Shown here one piece after another: positions 38,519-47,803 of a stretch of 64,000 nt of DNA (position 1 is its first letter; the number at the start of each line of letters is the position of its first letter). Location: assembly GCA_963809605.1 (NCBI GenBank), contig CAWEKM010000007.1, positions 143,688 to 207,687 of the forward strand, written 5' to 3'. The stretch comes from an uncultured Acidobacteriaceae bacterium. Lineage in GTDB: Bacteria; Acidobacteriota; Terriglobia; Terriglobales; Acidobacteriaceae. Made by a program: the position numbers and the translations under genes. The notes beneath the pieces were generated by a model. The model was not told where the DNA came from. It ran no database searches and worked only from the letters and a program-made list of their open reading frames with translations.

Positions 38519-40696
38519 CTACAACGTTGCTTCCATCTGCAGGCCTTCGATCATGTCGTTCAGCGCCTTTTGGGCGGCGTCGCGTTTCTGCTGCAAGTCG
38601 GCCACCTCGTGGTGCAGCGACTGCACGTGGTCTTCCTGTTCGTTGAGTTCACGGACGTAGCGGGCGAGCAGCGTTTTTTCTTCTACGCTGCCTTTCAGGG
38701 CTTTCATATTTTCGCGGACGCGCTGCTGATCCTCGGAGATCCCGGAAATTTTTGACTTGCGCGATCCAACCTCGGCATCGAGGGCGGCGATGCTGTTCTT
38801 CTGCGCGATCACTTTCCGCAGGGCTTGGTCGATCTCCGGATTGATCATTTTCGCGGCGAGGAAGAACTTGATCTGGTCGTCGGTGATATTCGAAAGCTGA
38901 TAACTGTTCGTGACTGGACGGTATTCTTTCACCAGCAGGGTTTCAGTTTTCTTCGGGTCGACGGTGAGGCGGAAGCGGTGGAAGGAAGCGGAACTTTCCG
39001 CCGGCTTCTCGTCGTCGGTGAGCTTCCAGCCCGGCCGCGCGGGATGCTCGATCACAATGGTGCGCTGCGCGGTGTCGCGGTTGCGGATGGTGTAGGTGTT
39101 CTCTTCGCGCTCCTGGGTTGACTGCGTCATCATGCCATGGGCGATGAATACTTTGGTGACGCGCTGGCTTTCCGATTTTTGTTTGGCATCGACCAGGACG
39201 CCGAGGTCGGCTGCGTAGGAAAGCAATCGCTTCTCGCCGGGCTTGATCGGGTCCATCAAGCCTTCGCCGGCGAAGGCGTCGCCTTCGAGCACGTTGAAAC
39301 TGCCGCCATCGAGGGTGAGTTCGCTGGTGTTGTCGAGCCAGAGAGCGCGCAGGACGGCGCTCTGCGAAGGATTCCAGACCGAGACTTTTTCCGCGTCGAT
39401 GCGGGCTTGCAGGATTGGGACCAAGGCTGATTGGTTCTTGCGGATCGTGACGCGGTCCTGGAGTTTGTATTCGAAGAGGTCGCCGAGGTCGCGGGTTTGA
39501 GCAGTGGTCGTGGCGGCTTCGAGAGACTCGGCCATGGCAGCGGCATCGAGGTGATCGCCCACGCCGTGATAGATCCCGCCGCCACTTCCTGAGCCGATGC
39601 CGGACTTAAGACTCATCGGGAGCCGAGAGTTGGCGATGGATCCGCCGATAGCGCCTCCCATCTGGCCGCCGGGGATTCCGCCCGGGACTCCGCCGACCAC
39701 GCCGACCGCCTGAGAACCTGGCGGAGTGGCTTCTTCTAACGTGGCTTCATACGTCTGCGGCGTGATCATGGCATTCTGGGGCAGCGGGACCACTGGACGG
39801 CGGGCGTAGTAAGGCTGTGAAAGCTGCTGCACAAACGATTGCGGCGCGCCTGCCACCAGAGACAGTTCGACGTTCTTCCAGTCTTCGCCTACCGTGTTAT
39901 CCACGATGGCCCAGCCTTGCAGCAAAGGCTTGCCCTCGTTTGGGATCACAATCCGGTACGTGCTCTTCCAGACCGGCACTTCGCTGATATAGCTGACCAG
40001 CAGATTGCGCTCGCCTTCGCCGGCCGTGGAGATGGTCATGCGGCGAACGTCTTGATCGCGCGTGGAGGCGACGAGGCCGAGGTATTTTCCGACTTCGTCA
40101 TTCACATCCTTCTCGGCCACGCGGACGCTGGTGGTGGGAGTGAGATCGAAGACGCGGACTTCTCCGCTGTCGCTGACGATGGAAATCTGATCGACCGTAA
40201 TCTTCTGATCGCCTTTGATGGGAATCTCACGTTCGTCGATGCTGAGCAGGCGTCCGGAGGCGGTTTCAGATCCGCTGCGGACTTCGAGCCGCGCGCCGCG
40301 CAGGGCGTCGAGAAACTGGGCCGTGGTTGGGTTTTCGCCTACGGCGAGATGCAGAGAACCGAGACGGCGCTCGAGAGGAGCGTTGGAGTTGTAGCTGACG
40401 CCGGTGATGCGTCCTTTGCCGAGATCAAGTACGGTCAGCGACTTCAGCACGTCATTCAGCTGCGCCGTGGTGAAATCGACGTTGACGTCCTGGCTGCCGC
40501 GTACCTGGCCGGCGTGTTCGAAGTAGCCGACTCCGTTTTTGTAGAGAATGACGCGGGTGACGGGCAGGCGCGCGGCCGAATCGGCTGCAGTGACCGAATC
40601 TGAACTTTGGCCAGATGAAGACTGGCCGAATAAAGGCTGGCTAGATGAGAGTGCGGCGAGCAAGAAAAACAAGGCTGCAGTTTTAGGAAAACGCAT
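38519..40696 (-). CDS. secreted DUF4140/DUF4139-type protein with C-terminal coiled coil
   Basis: 725 aa. Signal peptide. Blocks VTRVILYKNGVGYFEH, LLVSYISEVPVWKSTYRIV and WAIVDNTVGEDWKNVELSLVAG match my memory of DUF4139. Gly-rich insert and heptad-rich tail. Confidence 0.6.
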   Translation of the reverse strand: MRFPKTAALFFLLAALSSSQPLFGQSSSGQSSDSVTAADSAARLPVTRVILYKNGVGYFEHAGQVRGSQDVNVDFTTAQLNDVLKSLTVLDLGKGRITGVSYNSNAPLERRLGSLHLAVGENPTTAQFLDALRGARLEVRSGSETASGRLLSIDEREIPIKGDQKITVDQISIVSDSGEVRVFDLTPTTSVRVAEKDVNDEVGKYLGLVASTRDQDVRRMTISTAGEGERNLLVSYISEVPVWKSTYRIVIPNEGKPLLQGWAIVDNTVGEDWKNVELSLVAGAPQSFVQQLSQPYYARRPVVPLPQNAMITPQTYEATLEEATPPGSQAVGVVGGVPGGIPGGQMGGAIGGSIANSRLPMSLKSGIGSGSGGGIYHGVGDHLDAAAMAESLEAATTTAQTRDLGDLFEYKLQDRVTIRKNQSALVPILQARIDAEKVSVWNPSQSAVLRALWLDNTSELTLDGGSFNVLEGDAFAGEGLMDPIKPGEKRLLSYAADLGVLVDAKQKSESQRVTKVFIAHGMMTQSTQEREENTYTIRNRDTAQRTIVIEHPARPGWKLTDDEKPAESSASFHRFRLTVDPKKTETLLVKEYRPVTNSYQLSNITDDQIKFFLAAKMINPEIDQALRKVIAQKNSIAALDAEVGSRKSKISGISEDQQRVRENMKALKGSVEEKTLLARYVRELNEQEDHVQSLHHEVADLQQKRDAAQKALNDMIEGLQMEATL

Positions 40697-40892
40697 GGCT
40701 CCTCCATTGAGCTGGGGGGCCGCTCGTCCTAGATAGAACGCAGCGTGACGTGGTTCTTGCGCGCTGGCGCGGCCCCTGCATTGACTTAGACACCTGAGCG
40801 GCGGTCTCTGAGCCGTGGATGCAAGCCGCGTGTTTTGAGATGGCTGGAGCTTTCAGCTGGAGCTTTCAAATGGAGGTGCGGCGGCGCAGCGT

Positions 40893-41141
40893 TCAGGCCT
40901 TCTTGAGCAGGCGACTCAGCCAGATCAGGAACATGGCGCCGATGATTGCGACTACGATGGTGCCGATCAATCCTCCGGCATGGATGCCGAGTGCGCCCAG
41001 GAGCCATCCGCCTACGACCGCGCCGACTATGCCGAGGACGATATCCATGACGGCGCCGTAGCCGCCCCCTTTCATGATCTTGCCGGCAGCCCACCCCGCA
41101 ATCAGTCCAACGATGAACCACCAGATGAAGTTCGTGAGCAT
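40893..41141 (-). CDS. GlsB/YeaQ/YmgE family stress-response membrane protein
   Basis: 82 aa from ATG 41141. Gly-rich TM helices (FIWWFIVGLIAGWAAGKIM...). Confidence 0.85.
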   Translation of the reverse strand: MLTNFIWWFIVGLIAGWAAGKIMKGGGYGAVMDIVLGIVGAVVGGWLLGALGIHAGGLIGTIVVAIIGAMFLIWLSRLLKKA

Positions 41142-41271
41142 GCAATCCTCCTGTAATTTGCCGGAATCTTTAGCCCGCTCGCGCGCGTGCGTGAGGGGCA
41201 GAGTAGTGAGCGGGGGCAGTTCTGTCAAGCACGGCTGCTGGGCGCGGTGTTGTCTGTGATTAAATCAAGTC

Positions 41272-41529
41272 ATGTTCGCGCGCAAGATTCGTGTCGAGTA
41301 CGAGTACCGGGGCCAGAGGCTGCCTTGTCCGCTGAAGTGGCTGGATAGTTTCTCCATGCGCAATTTTACGAATGCCAGCGTATTCGACGATACTTTGCCG
41401 GTCGGCGACGGGCTTATGGAGATTAGTAAGAGCGTCCCTTTGGAACAGCTGCGAGATGCGATGGAGGACTGGTTCCGGCGCAAGAGTTATCTACCCAGGG
41501 ACTCTAAGTTGTTACTGGAAGAAATCTGA
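41272..41529 (+). CDS. hypothetical protein
   Basis: 85 aa ORF, no motif. Coding status uncertain. Confidence 0.3.
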   Translation: MFARKIRVEYEYRGQRLPCPLKWLDSFSMRNFTNASVFDDTLPVGDGLMEISKSVPLEQLRDAMEDWFRRKSYLPRDSKLLLEEI

Positions 41530-41720
41530 GGATCCGCCGATGGTGTCGGCATGAGAGGTTGATTTGAGGGGAAGTCCGTTTCGCGGTTCCAAAACGGGAA
41601 AATTTACCCTTTTCAGAACTTTCGATAGTGGTGAAGTCGCCAGGGTGTGTTATTTTCGGAGACTAAGAAGATCCCCCAAAGGGGTGGCCAACAATTTGCA
41701 TACAAAACTTTGAGGTACGG

Positions 41721-41993
41721 ATGATGAGTCACCGATTGCAGCCCTTCCCCACATCCGGCACTCGCGAATCGCGCACAGGTCAGCCGCTGGCTGGACCGTG
41801 GGACGGTCCGCGGCTGAGGCCGGAGGATGCAAAGTTCTTTCGTTCGTGGTTTGTGTATGATTTCGCAGCCAAGACCGTCCCACCCCGCGGCCGCTTCAAC
41901 TGGAGCATGGTCGGGGGACTCGGGCTGGCAACCACCGTCAGCGTCGGTTTCTGGGTGGGCGTGGGACTGATGATTGCCCGCTTCTGGAAGTAG
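41721..41993 (+). CDS. hypothetical small membrane protein
   Basis: 90 aa. C-terminal TM helix (VGGLGLATTVSVGFWVGVGLMIA). Coding status uncertain. Confidence 0.3.
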   Translation: MMSHRLQPFPTSGTRESRTGQPLAGPWDGPRLRPEDAKFFRSWFVYDFAAKTVPPRGRFNWSMVGGLGLATTVSVGFWVGVGLMIARFWK

Positions 41994-42047
41994 GGCGCCG
42001 GGAACAAGGGCTGGTCCGCGCCGCTTCTCTGGATACTCTCGCGGTCG

Positions 42048-42593
42048 CTACTTGTCGTAGTGTAGGAGCGACATCACGTCGTAACCTTTGAGCTTTTCCC
42101 TGCCCTTCAGAAAATCCAACTCTACGACGAAGCCCAGCCCTGCGATCTCTGCGCCGAGCAGAGTGGCAAGCTTGGCCGTAGCTTCGGCGGTGCCTCCGGT
42201 CGCGAGGAGGTCGTCGACGATCAGCACGCGCTGGCCCTTCTGGATGGCGTCCTTGTGCATCTCGAGCGAGTTGGTGCCGTATTCGAGCGCATAATCGAAC
42301 CTCACGGTTTCGGCGGGGAGTTTGCCCACCTTGCGGACCGGAACAAATCCAGCGTTCAAACGGTAAGCCAGCGCGGGGGCGAAGATGAAACCGCGGGCTT
42401 CCATGCCGAGGACGAGGTCGACCTTCTGATCGACGTAGTGCTCGGAAAGGCGGTCGACGAGCGTGGCCAGGCCGACTTTATTTTTCAGCAGGGTGGTGAT
42501 GTCGTAGAAGAGGATCCCCTTCTTGGGGAAATCGGGAACTTCGCGGATCAGCTTTTTGAGTTGGTCGGCATTCATGCCTGAGTTGGAAGACAA
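42048..42593 (-). CDS. apt: adenine phosphoribosyltransferase
   Basis: 181 aa. PRPP-binding motif [13 protein letters not shown]. Confidence 0.95.
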   Translation of the reverse strand: MSSNSGMNADQLKKLIREVPDFPKKGILFYDITTLLKNKVGLATLVDRLSEHYVDQKVDLVLGMEARGFIFAPALAYRLNAGFVPVRKVGKLPAETVRFDYALEYGTNSLEMHKDAIQKGQRVLIVDDLLATGGTAEATAKLATLLGAEIAGLGFVVELDFLKGREKLKGYDVMSLLHYDK

Positions 42594-42615
42594 TCTACCA
42601 CTCTCCTTATATTTC

Positions 42616-42698
42616 GAGGTTTCAGAGTTTCAAGGTTTCAAAGACAAATGCGGGGGATTTTGCCTTGACGCTTTGAAACCTTGAGACGTTGAAACCTG
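42616..42698. repeat. REP-F, GGTTTCAA-unit palindrome between acyP and apt
   Basis: 28-nt arms GAGGTTTCAGAGTTTCAAGGTTTCAAAG / CTTTGAAACCTTGAGACGTTGAAACCTG (4 mismatches), separated by 27 nt. Confidence 0.7.
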
Positions 42699-42700
42699 CC

Positions 42701-43000
42701 TCACCATGCTCCTTCAATGCGAAATGAAGTGACGCCGCTGGCCGGCTGGGATTCAGATTCTTCGACCGCATCAACGCGAGCGGCACGTGGGCCTTCGCGC
42801 AGGCGCGACCGCAGGCTGGAAAGCTGATCGCGGGTTCCCTGCGCCATCACCTCGACGCTGCCGTCGGAATTATTGCGAACCCAGCCTGCGATGCCGAGAA
42901 TGTGCGCTTCGCGCTCCACGAACCAGCGGAAACCAACGCCCTGCACGCGTCCGCGGACCACGAAACGGCGGGCTTCGACTGCTTTTTCGGTGGAGGTCAT
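42701..43000 (-). CDS. acyP: acylphosphatase
   Basis: 99 aa from ATG 43000. VRGRVQGVGFR signature. The longer track ORF reads through a repeat element. Confidence 0.9.
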   Translation of the reverse strand: MTSTEKAVEARRFVVRGRVQGVGFRWFVEREAHILGIAGWVRNNSDGSVEVMAQGTRDQLSSLRSRLREGPRAARVDAVEESESQPASGVTSFRIEGAW

Positions 43001-43046
43001 GTTCTGAAAACTGTAACTAGACCGCTGGAGACAGTGGAGCACTGCA

Positions 43047-43099
43047 GGGACCCCTTCGCCAACCTCAGGGCAAGCTCTTCGACTCCGCTCAGGATGACA
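43047..43099 (+). repeat. REP-A unit
   Basis: GGGACCCCTTCG ... CTTCGACTCCGCTCAGGATGACA. Ends 1 nt from the efp stop codon. Confidence 0.75.
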
Positions 43100-43100
43100 A

Positions 43101-43661
43101 TTACGCCCGTGACAAATACACACCTTCGGCGGTATCGACTTTGATCTTCTCGCCTTCATTGATGAACGGCGGCACCTGCACCACCAGCCCAGTTTCGGTC
43201 TTCGCGGCTTTGGTTACGCTGGATGCGGTTGCGCTCTTCAGGCCGGGCTCGGTCTCGACGACGGTAAGGACCACGGTCTGCGGCAGTTCGATGCCCACGG
43301 CCTTGCCATCGAAGAATTCGACTTTGATTTCGAGGTTCTCGATCAGGAAATCGACCGCGCCGCCGAGAATCTCTTTGCTGAGGTGCGTCTGTTCGTAGTT
43401 CGCCGTATCCATGAAGTAGTAGTTGTCGCCGTCGGCGTAGAGGAACTGCATGTCGACCTCATCCACGTTAACCTTCTCGATGGGATCGGGCGAGCGGAAA
43501 CGGTGTTCGAACATGGCGCCGGTGCGAAGGTTGCGCAGCTTGGCCTGGATGAAGGCACGTAGGTTGCCGGGGGTGCGGTGTTCGACACTGAATACGGAGT
43601 GCAGATCATTGTTGTGCTTGATGATCATGCCGGGACGCAGTTGGGTGGCAGGGATCGACAT
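43101..43661 (-). CDS. efp: translation elongation factor P family protein
   Basis: 186 aa from ATG 43661. Three-domain EF-P layout, C-terminal GEKIKVDTAEGVYLSRA. The functional loop reads TPGNLR instead of KPGKG. Confidence 0.9.
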   Translation of the reverse strand: MSIPATQLRPGMIIKHNNDLHSVFSVEHRTPGNLRAFIQAKLRNLRTGAMFEHRFRSPDPIEKVNVDEVDMQFLYADGDNYYFMDTANYEQTHLSKEILGGAVDFLIENLEIKVEFFDGKAVGIELPQTVVLTVVETEPGLKSATASSVTKAAKTETGLVVQVPPFINEGEKIKVDTAEGVYLSRA

Positions 43662-43941
43662 CGCTTGAAACAATCTCCTTAAAATAAGTGCGGTTTGCAG
43701 GGCTGACGGAAGGCGGGCAGGCCACATTTTCCGCCGCACAAGGGCCGAAAAGTTATTTTACACTCAGGTCACCGGAAAGGAAACCTTCCCGAAGCAGCAC
43801 TCATCCTAAGCGAACTGCCTTCGTCGCACTTGGTAAGATTCGCTGCCAGCCTTGCCGAGGACTAGAATTGCGGCTGGTAGGATATTGCAGCCGGACGGAA
43901 GGATGCCCGGCGCTCCCGCCAAGTGGAAATGAGGTCACATC

Positions 43942-44268
43942 ATGCGCTTTGGACGTTATGAATCTTCGGAAGGAAACAACATAGGAACTGCCGTTACTTT
44001 CTTTCTGGTTGGACTGGGAGCGGGAGCGCTGGCGGCGCTTGCACTTGCCCCGAAAACCGGCAAACAATTCCGCCGCGACTTGAAACGCGGCTACGACGAA
44101 GCCAAGGATACGATCGAGGATTGGACGGAAGAAGCGAGAGACCGCGCCCGCGACGCTAAGGAACGAGTCAAAGACGTGGCCGAGCGCGGAGTTGAAATGG
44201 CCGGAGACCTGCGGGATGCGGCTCGAGAGAAGGTGGAACCGTTGCGGAAGGCTGTCAATCGGGGGTGA
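43942..44268 (+). CDS. YtxH domain-containing protein
   Basis: 108 aa. N-terminal TM helix, then a charged helical region (KTGKQFRRDLKRGYDEAKD...). Confidence 0.7.
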   Translation: MRFGRYESSEGNNIGTAVTFFLVGLGAGALAALALAPKTGKQFRRDLKRGYDEAKDTIEDWTEEARDRARDAKERVKDVAERGVEMAGDLRDAAREKVEPLRKAVNRG

Positions 44269-44278
44269 AAGCGGAAGT

Positions 44279-44396
44279 GTCATCCTCAGCGAAGCGAGGG
44301 ATGTTGATTCCTGCCTGCGGCGGCGACGCTGGGGTGTGGGCGAGAACCAAGATCCCTCGCTTTGCTCGGGATGACAGGACTTTGCTCGGGATGATA
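44279..44396. repeat. REP-A-related palindromic element (CGGGATGAC variant) with duplicated right end
   Basis: Left arm GTCATCCTCAGCGAAGCGAGGGAT, right arm ATCCCTCGCTTTGCTCGGGATGAC, extra TTTGCTCGGGATGATA. Lies between convergent gene ends. Confidence 0.7.
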
Positions 44397-44438
44397 AGTG
44401 CCGGGTCTAGTCTCTGATGACGTTTGTCGAGTTCACGC

Positions 44439-45881
44439 TTAGTGAAAGATGGCGGCGAAAAACCTGCCGATCCGCTGCAGCACGTGATGGTGTTCGGCGT
44501 TCTCCTGATTGCCGGGCGCGGGCGGTGGTTGTACAGGGGTTTCAAGGGGGGCAGGCCGGGTTGAAGATTCCATCACTGGCAACGCAGCGGCCTCGTCCAT
44601 AAGCGTGGGTGGTGGTGCGGCGTGGTTTTTGCCCCGGAACACGAAGGGTGCATCCACCTGGACGTGAACTTCATCCGCCTGCGAAGGCGGGAGGGGTCGG
44701 ATTTCGGGTCCGTTGGAGAGTGTTTGTGGCTCGTCGTTGCCCGGCTTCTCTTCAGACGCGGGCAAAACGCCCTTGGAAATGGTGGTCTTCACCGGCAGAT
44801 CAGAATCGGGAACAATGGCAGGAGATCTATCTGTTTGGATGACCGGGACCGTCGCCGGGCAACCGCATTCTGCTGGAACTTCGCCGTCGACCTTATCGAT
44901 GCGCCCCGAGTGAAACACCGCCTGCTCTGTGGGTTTCACCTGATAGGTGCGGTCGCCCAGCAGCTCTGAAACCATGGCGGAAGAGTTGTTGCCCGCAAGC
45001 GCGCGCACGCAAGTGTTGCCGTGCGCGTCGGCGCTAACGGCATAATCAAATTCTCCCGGGCCGGCGAACAGGATGCGGAAGTCGGGAGTGAGCAGGGTAT
45101 CTGCTGAGTCCTCGAGGGTGTAGTGCGTTTCAAGCGCGCCGGTGCTCAGGCCGAGCATCAGAGCTTTGGCGCTCTTCGAGGGCGTTACCGAAACCGTTGT
45201 CCCGGGACAAACGCGGACCTCGCCTCCTCGCGACAAATGCAATACTGCAGTATCGCCGCCGGCAGTCAGGGATGAACCCGCCACGAAGTGCTTGCCCGCC
45301 AGCACGACCTCGCCGATCCCGTTGGTGACTGGCACGACCGCAGGCGTGGCAACTGGAGTGAGCGACAGCACCTGTGGCGGCTGGGAGGGTGACTTCTTGT
45401 TGGTTGCGCCCGGGTCTTCGTTAGGATCTGCGTTCGCGTCTGCGTTAGGGTCTGCGCGAGGTTTCAGCCGCACCATCAGGCGGTTGCCTGCGCCGTCCCA
45501 GGAGTAACTGTACGGAACCAGGAGGTCGAGCACAATTCTGGCGATGGGAGGATCTTTCTGGTATTGCTCGGTGCGGAGGGTAAGAATGTTTTCCTGCAGC
45601 ACGGGAATGCGCTTGTGCAGCGATCCCAGGCGCGCGTGCGATAGGTCGATGACGAGCCGCGGAGGCGAATCCAGCAGGTGAATGGAGGGTACGAGGGGAT
45701 GAGTGGAAACGATTTCAACGGCCGGTACACCCGCTTCATGCACGACGCGCACGCTGCTGACGATTGCGGCCTCCGGGTTGGGCGGATTCGCCTTCTGAGA
45801 TTCCGCAGCCTGTGGCCACGCTTTCGCGGCCGCCAGCGCCGCCAGCATGATGCCAACAACTTGAATGCGAGATCGCGGCAA
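44439..45881 (-). CDS. AMIN domain protein with FecR-like beta domain
   Basis: 480 aa. Signal peptide, AMIN-like block (VRVVHEAGVPAVEIVSTHPL...RLVIDL), DPN-rich linker, FecR-like LTAGGDTAVLHLSRGGEVRVCPGTTVSV. Confidence 0.5.
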   Translation of the reverse strand: MPRSRIQVVGIMLAALAAAKAWPQAAESQKANPPNPEAAIVSSVRVVHEAGVPAVEIVSTHPLVPSIHLLDSPPRLVIDLSHARLGSLHKRIPVLQENILTLRTEQYQKDPPIARIVLDLLVPYSYSWDGAGNRLMVRLKPRADPNADANADPNEDPGATNKKSPSQPPQVLSLTPVATPAVVPVTNGIGEVVLAGKHFVAGSSLTAGGDTAVLHLSRGGEVRVCPGTTVSVTPSKSAKALMLGLSTGALETHYTLEDSADTLLTPDFRILFAGPGEFDYAVSADAHGNTCVRALAGNNSSAMVSELLGDRTYQVKPTEQAVFHSGRIDKVDGEVPAECGCPATVPVIQTDRSPAIVPDSDLPVKTTISKGVLPASEEKPGNDEPQTLSNGPEIRPLPPSQADEVHVQVDAPFVFRGKNHAAPPPTLMDEAAALPVMESSTRPAPLETPVQPPPAPGNQENAEHHHVLQRIGRFFAAIFH

Positions 45882-46087
45882 GGGAATCCTCTGGAAGATC
45901 GAAGTAATGCCGGGCCCCTGAAAGGAACCTTATCACTTGTCAGGAAGGGAATGAAGCGGTGTGTGAAACAAGTAGCGGGGCGCGGGAATGGTTCCCGAGG
46001 CTCGAACGCTGCGTCAGGGAGTCGAACCCCGCAGCCCGGAGCGTCCCCCGGCTGTGGGAGAATCGGGCGACTTCCCAGGATCCAACT

Positions 46088-46417
46088 TTAGCTCTGAGGA
46101 AGGAACTCGTACTCTTCAATGACCGCGGCCACGGCCATTTTTCCATCGGCGCTGCCGTCTTCGATGCGGACTACGCGCCCTTTGCACTGCACGCGAATAC
46201 TCTCGGTGAGCGTGATTTCGGGCGGCAGGGTCAGAGTGAAGCCGATGGGCGACCCTTGGGCGATGGGTGAGTCGAGGTAAAGGCTGATGCCGCGCGCGCT
46301 GACGTCGCGGATTTGAGCGGGTTCACCGTGGCCAGAGTTTCCATCGCGGGCTACGGCTACAGGGATCCGCAGTGCGAAGCGTCGTGCAGCCCTTTTTTCC
46401 TGCTGGGCTTCTGTCAT
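46088..46417 (-). CDS. PilZ domain protein
   Basis: 109 aa. RRFALR (RxxxR) and DVSARG (DxSxxG) c-di-GMP-binding motifs. Confidence 0.65.
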   Translation of the reverse strand: MTEAQQEKRAARRFALRIPVAVARDGNSGHGEPAQIRDVSARGISLYLDSPIAQGSPIGFTLTLPPEITLTESIRVQCKGRVVRIEDGSADGKMAVAAVIEEYEFLPQS

Positions 46418-46529
46418 GTGTTACTCCAAAGCTAATGAAATGGCTTTCAACTTATCCCAAGAATGACTGGGGCAGCGTTTTCCGTCAATACCACCCTTGG
46501 GGACGGGGATGGCCCGTTCCGGCTAAACT

Positions 46530-47135
46530 GTGGCAAGGATGGTGCCCGTGGTCTTCGTTCTCGACAACTACGATTCCTTTACCTACAACCTGGTGCAGTA
46601 CATCGGGGAACTGGGCGCGGAGGTTGAGGTTCGCCGCAATGACCAGGTGACAGTTGCAGAGGTCGAGGCCATGCAGCCGGAGCGCATCGTGATCTCGCCT
46701 GGACCGTGTACGCCGCAGGATGCCGGCATCAGCATTGATCTGATCCGGCACTTCGCCGGCAAAGTACCGGTGCTTGGCGTCTGCTTGGGACATCAGGCTA
46801 TTGGCGCGGCTTTTGGCGGCAACGTCGTGCGCACCCCTCACCTGATGCACGGCAAGACGAGCGCCGTCACCCACGATAACAAGAGCATCTTCCGCGGCCT
46901 GCCCATGCCCATGACGGCTACTCGCTATCACTCACTGATCGTGGAAGAGAAAGGCCTGCCAAGTGAATTAGAGGTCAGCGCCTGGACTACGGAGAAAGAC
47001 GGAAGCCGCACCATCATGGGATTGCGGCATAAAAAGTTCGCTGTTGAAGGGGTGCAGTTTCATCCTGAGAGTGTGCTGACGGATGCCGGAAAGAAGCTGG
47101 TAGGAAACTTCCTGGGAGTGGTCAGTGGCCAGTGA
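46530..47135 (+). CDS. trpG: anthranilate/aminodeoxychorismate synthase component II (glutamine amidotransferase)
   Basis: 201 aa. Class I GATase GVCLGHQ. The last codons and the TGA lie in a CAGTGGCCAGTGA repeat. Confidence 0.9.
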   Translation: MARMVPVVFVLDNYDSFTYNLVQYIGELGAEVEVRRNDQVTVAEVEAMQPERIVISPGPCTPQDAGISIDLIRHFAGKVPVLGVCLGHQAIGAAFGGNVVRTPHLMHGKTSAVTHDNKSIFRGLPMPMTATRYHSLIVEEKGLPSELEVSAWTTEKDGSRTIMGLRHKKFAVEGVQFHPESVLTDAGKKLVGNFLGVVSGQ

Positions 47136-47150
47136 TCAGTGGCCAGTAAC
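47118..47150 (+). repeat. REP-C (CAGTGGCCAGTGA-type) tandem pair
   Basis: TCAGTGGCCAGTGA then TCAGTGGCCAGTAA. Contains the trpG stop codon. Confidence 0.75.
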
Positions 47151-47173
47151 AACGAGTCGTCCCACGAAGGACC

Positions 47174-47707
47174 CTAGCGCCGCTTCCTGCATTTTGCAGT
47201 CGCTTTCTCGACGAAGCTTGTCAATTCGCCGTTCTGCTGCTTCATAATCAAGTCATCAAGAAACGGCCATTTTGCCTCTGGATGCGTCTTGAGTATTGAT
47301 TCGTAGGCCCTGAGTGATCCTTCGACCCCCGCGGTGTAGACGGCGACCGCGTCCTTAGCTTGGTCCGGATGTTCAATGATAAAGCTGGCGGAGGAAAACA
47401 TGCTCTGGCCAAAAATCTCGCTCACAAAATTCTTGTCGCGGTTCGATTCGTGGAAGACGGGGCCCAGTTCCTCGCCGCAAATCGGAACGCTGATGTCTGG
47501 CACCTCGATCAGCCAGAGCGTAAACCAAGTTCGCATGTCCTTGTTTCCGGGCTGCAACGGATCGGCTTCGAGGGCACGGGCGGTCTGTACAGCTTTTGCG
47601 CGCTCCTCCGGGGTAGAAGGCCCTCGCTTTTGCGCGTTTTGCGCGAACAAACTGGAGCAAAGGAACAATAAGAGCAGAAGGGAAGAGAGCACTCGTCGAA
47701 TGGTCAT
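47174..47707 (-). CDS. hypothetical secreted protein
   Basis: 177 aa. Clear signal peptide (LLLLLFLCSSLFAQ). No motif recognised. Confidence 0.5.
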   Translation of the reverse strand: MTIRRVLSSLLLLLFLCSSLFAQNAQKRGPSTPEERAKAVQTARALEADPLQPGNKDMRTWFTLWLIEVPDISVPICGEELGPVFHESNRDKNFVSEIFGQSMFSSASFIIEHPDQAKDAVAVYTAGVEGSLRAYESILKTHPEAKWPFLDDLIMKQQNGELTSFVEKATAKCRKRR

Positions 47708-47803
47708 CGGAGCCTCGCAGAAAGCCTGTTGGGTTGCGCCATGCTAAACGGGGACAGCGCGTCGGTCAATCCAAACCAACCATGGAAAAGGTGAGCCCCG
47801 GGT

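Noticed and set aside
40843-40868. Direct tandem duplication GCTGGAGCTTTCA x2 downstream of the GlsB-family gene.
   Set aside because: It is a single 13-bp duplication with no other copies seen, most simply a slippage event.
45976-46033. tRNA-like look of GGAGTCGAACCCCGC with closing stem GCGGGG/CCCCGC upstream of the PilZ gene.
   Set aside because: It is only 58 nt between the stem arms. There is no D-arm or anticodon arm, and no acceptor pairing of tRNA length on either strand.
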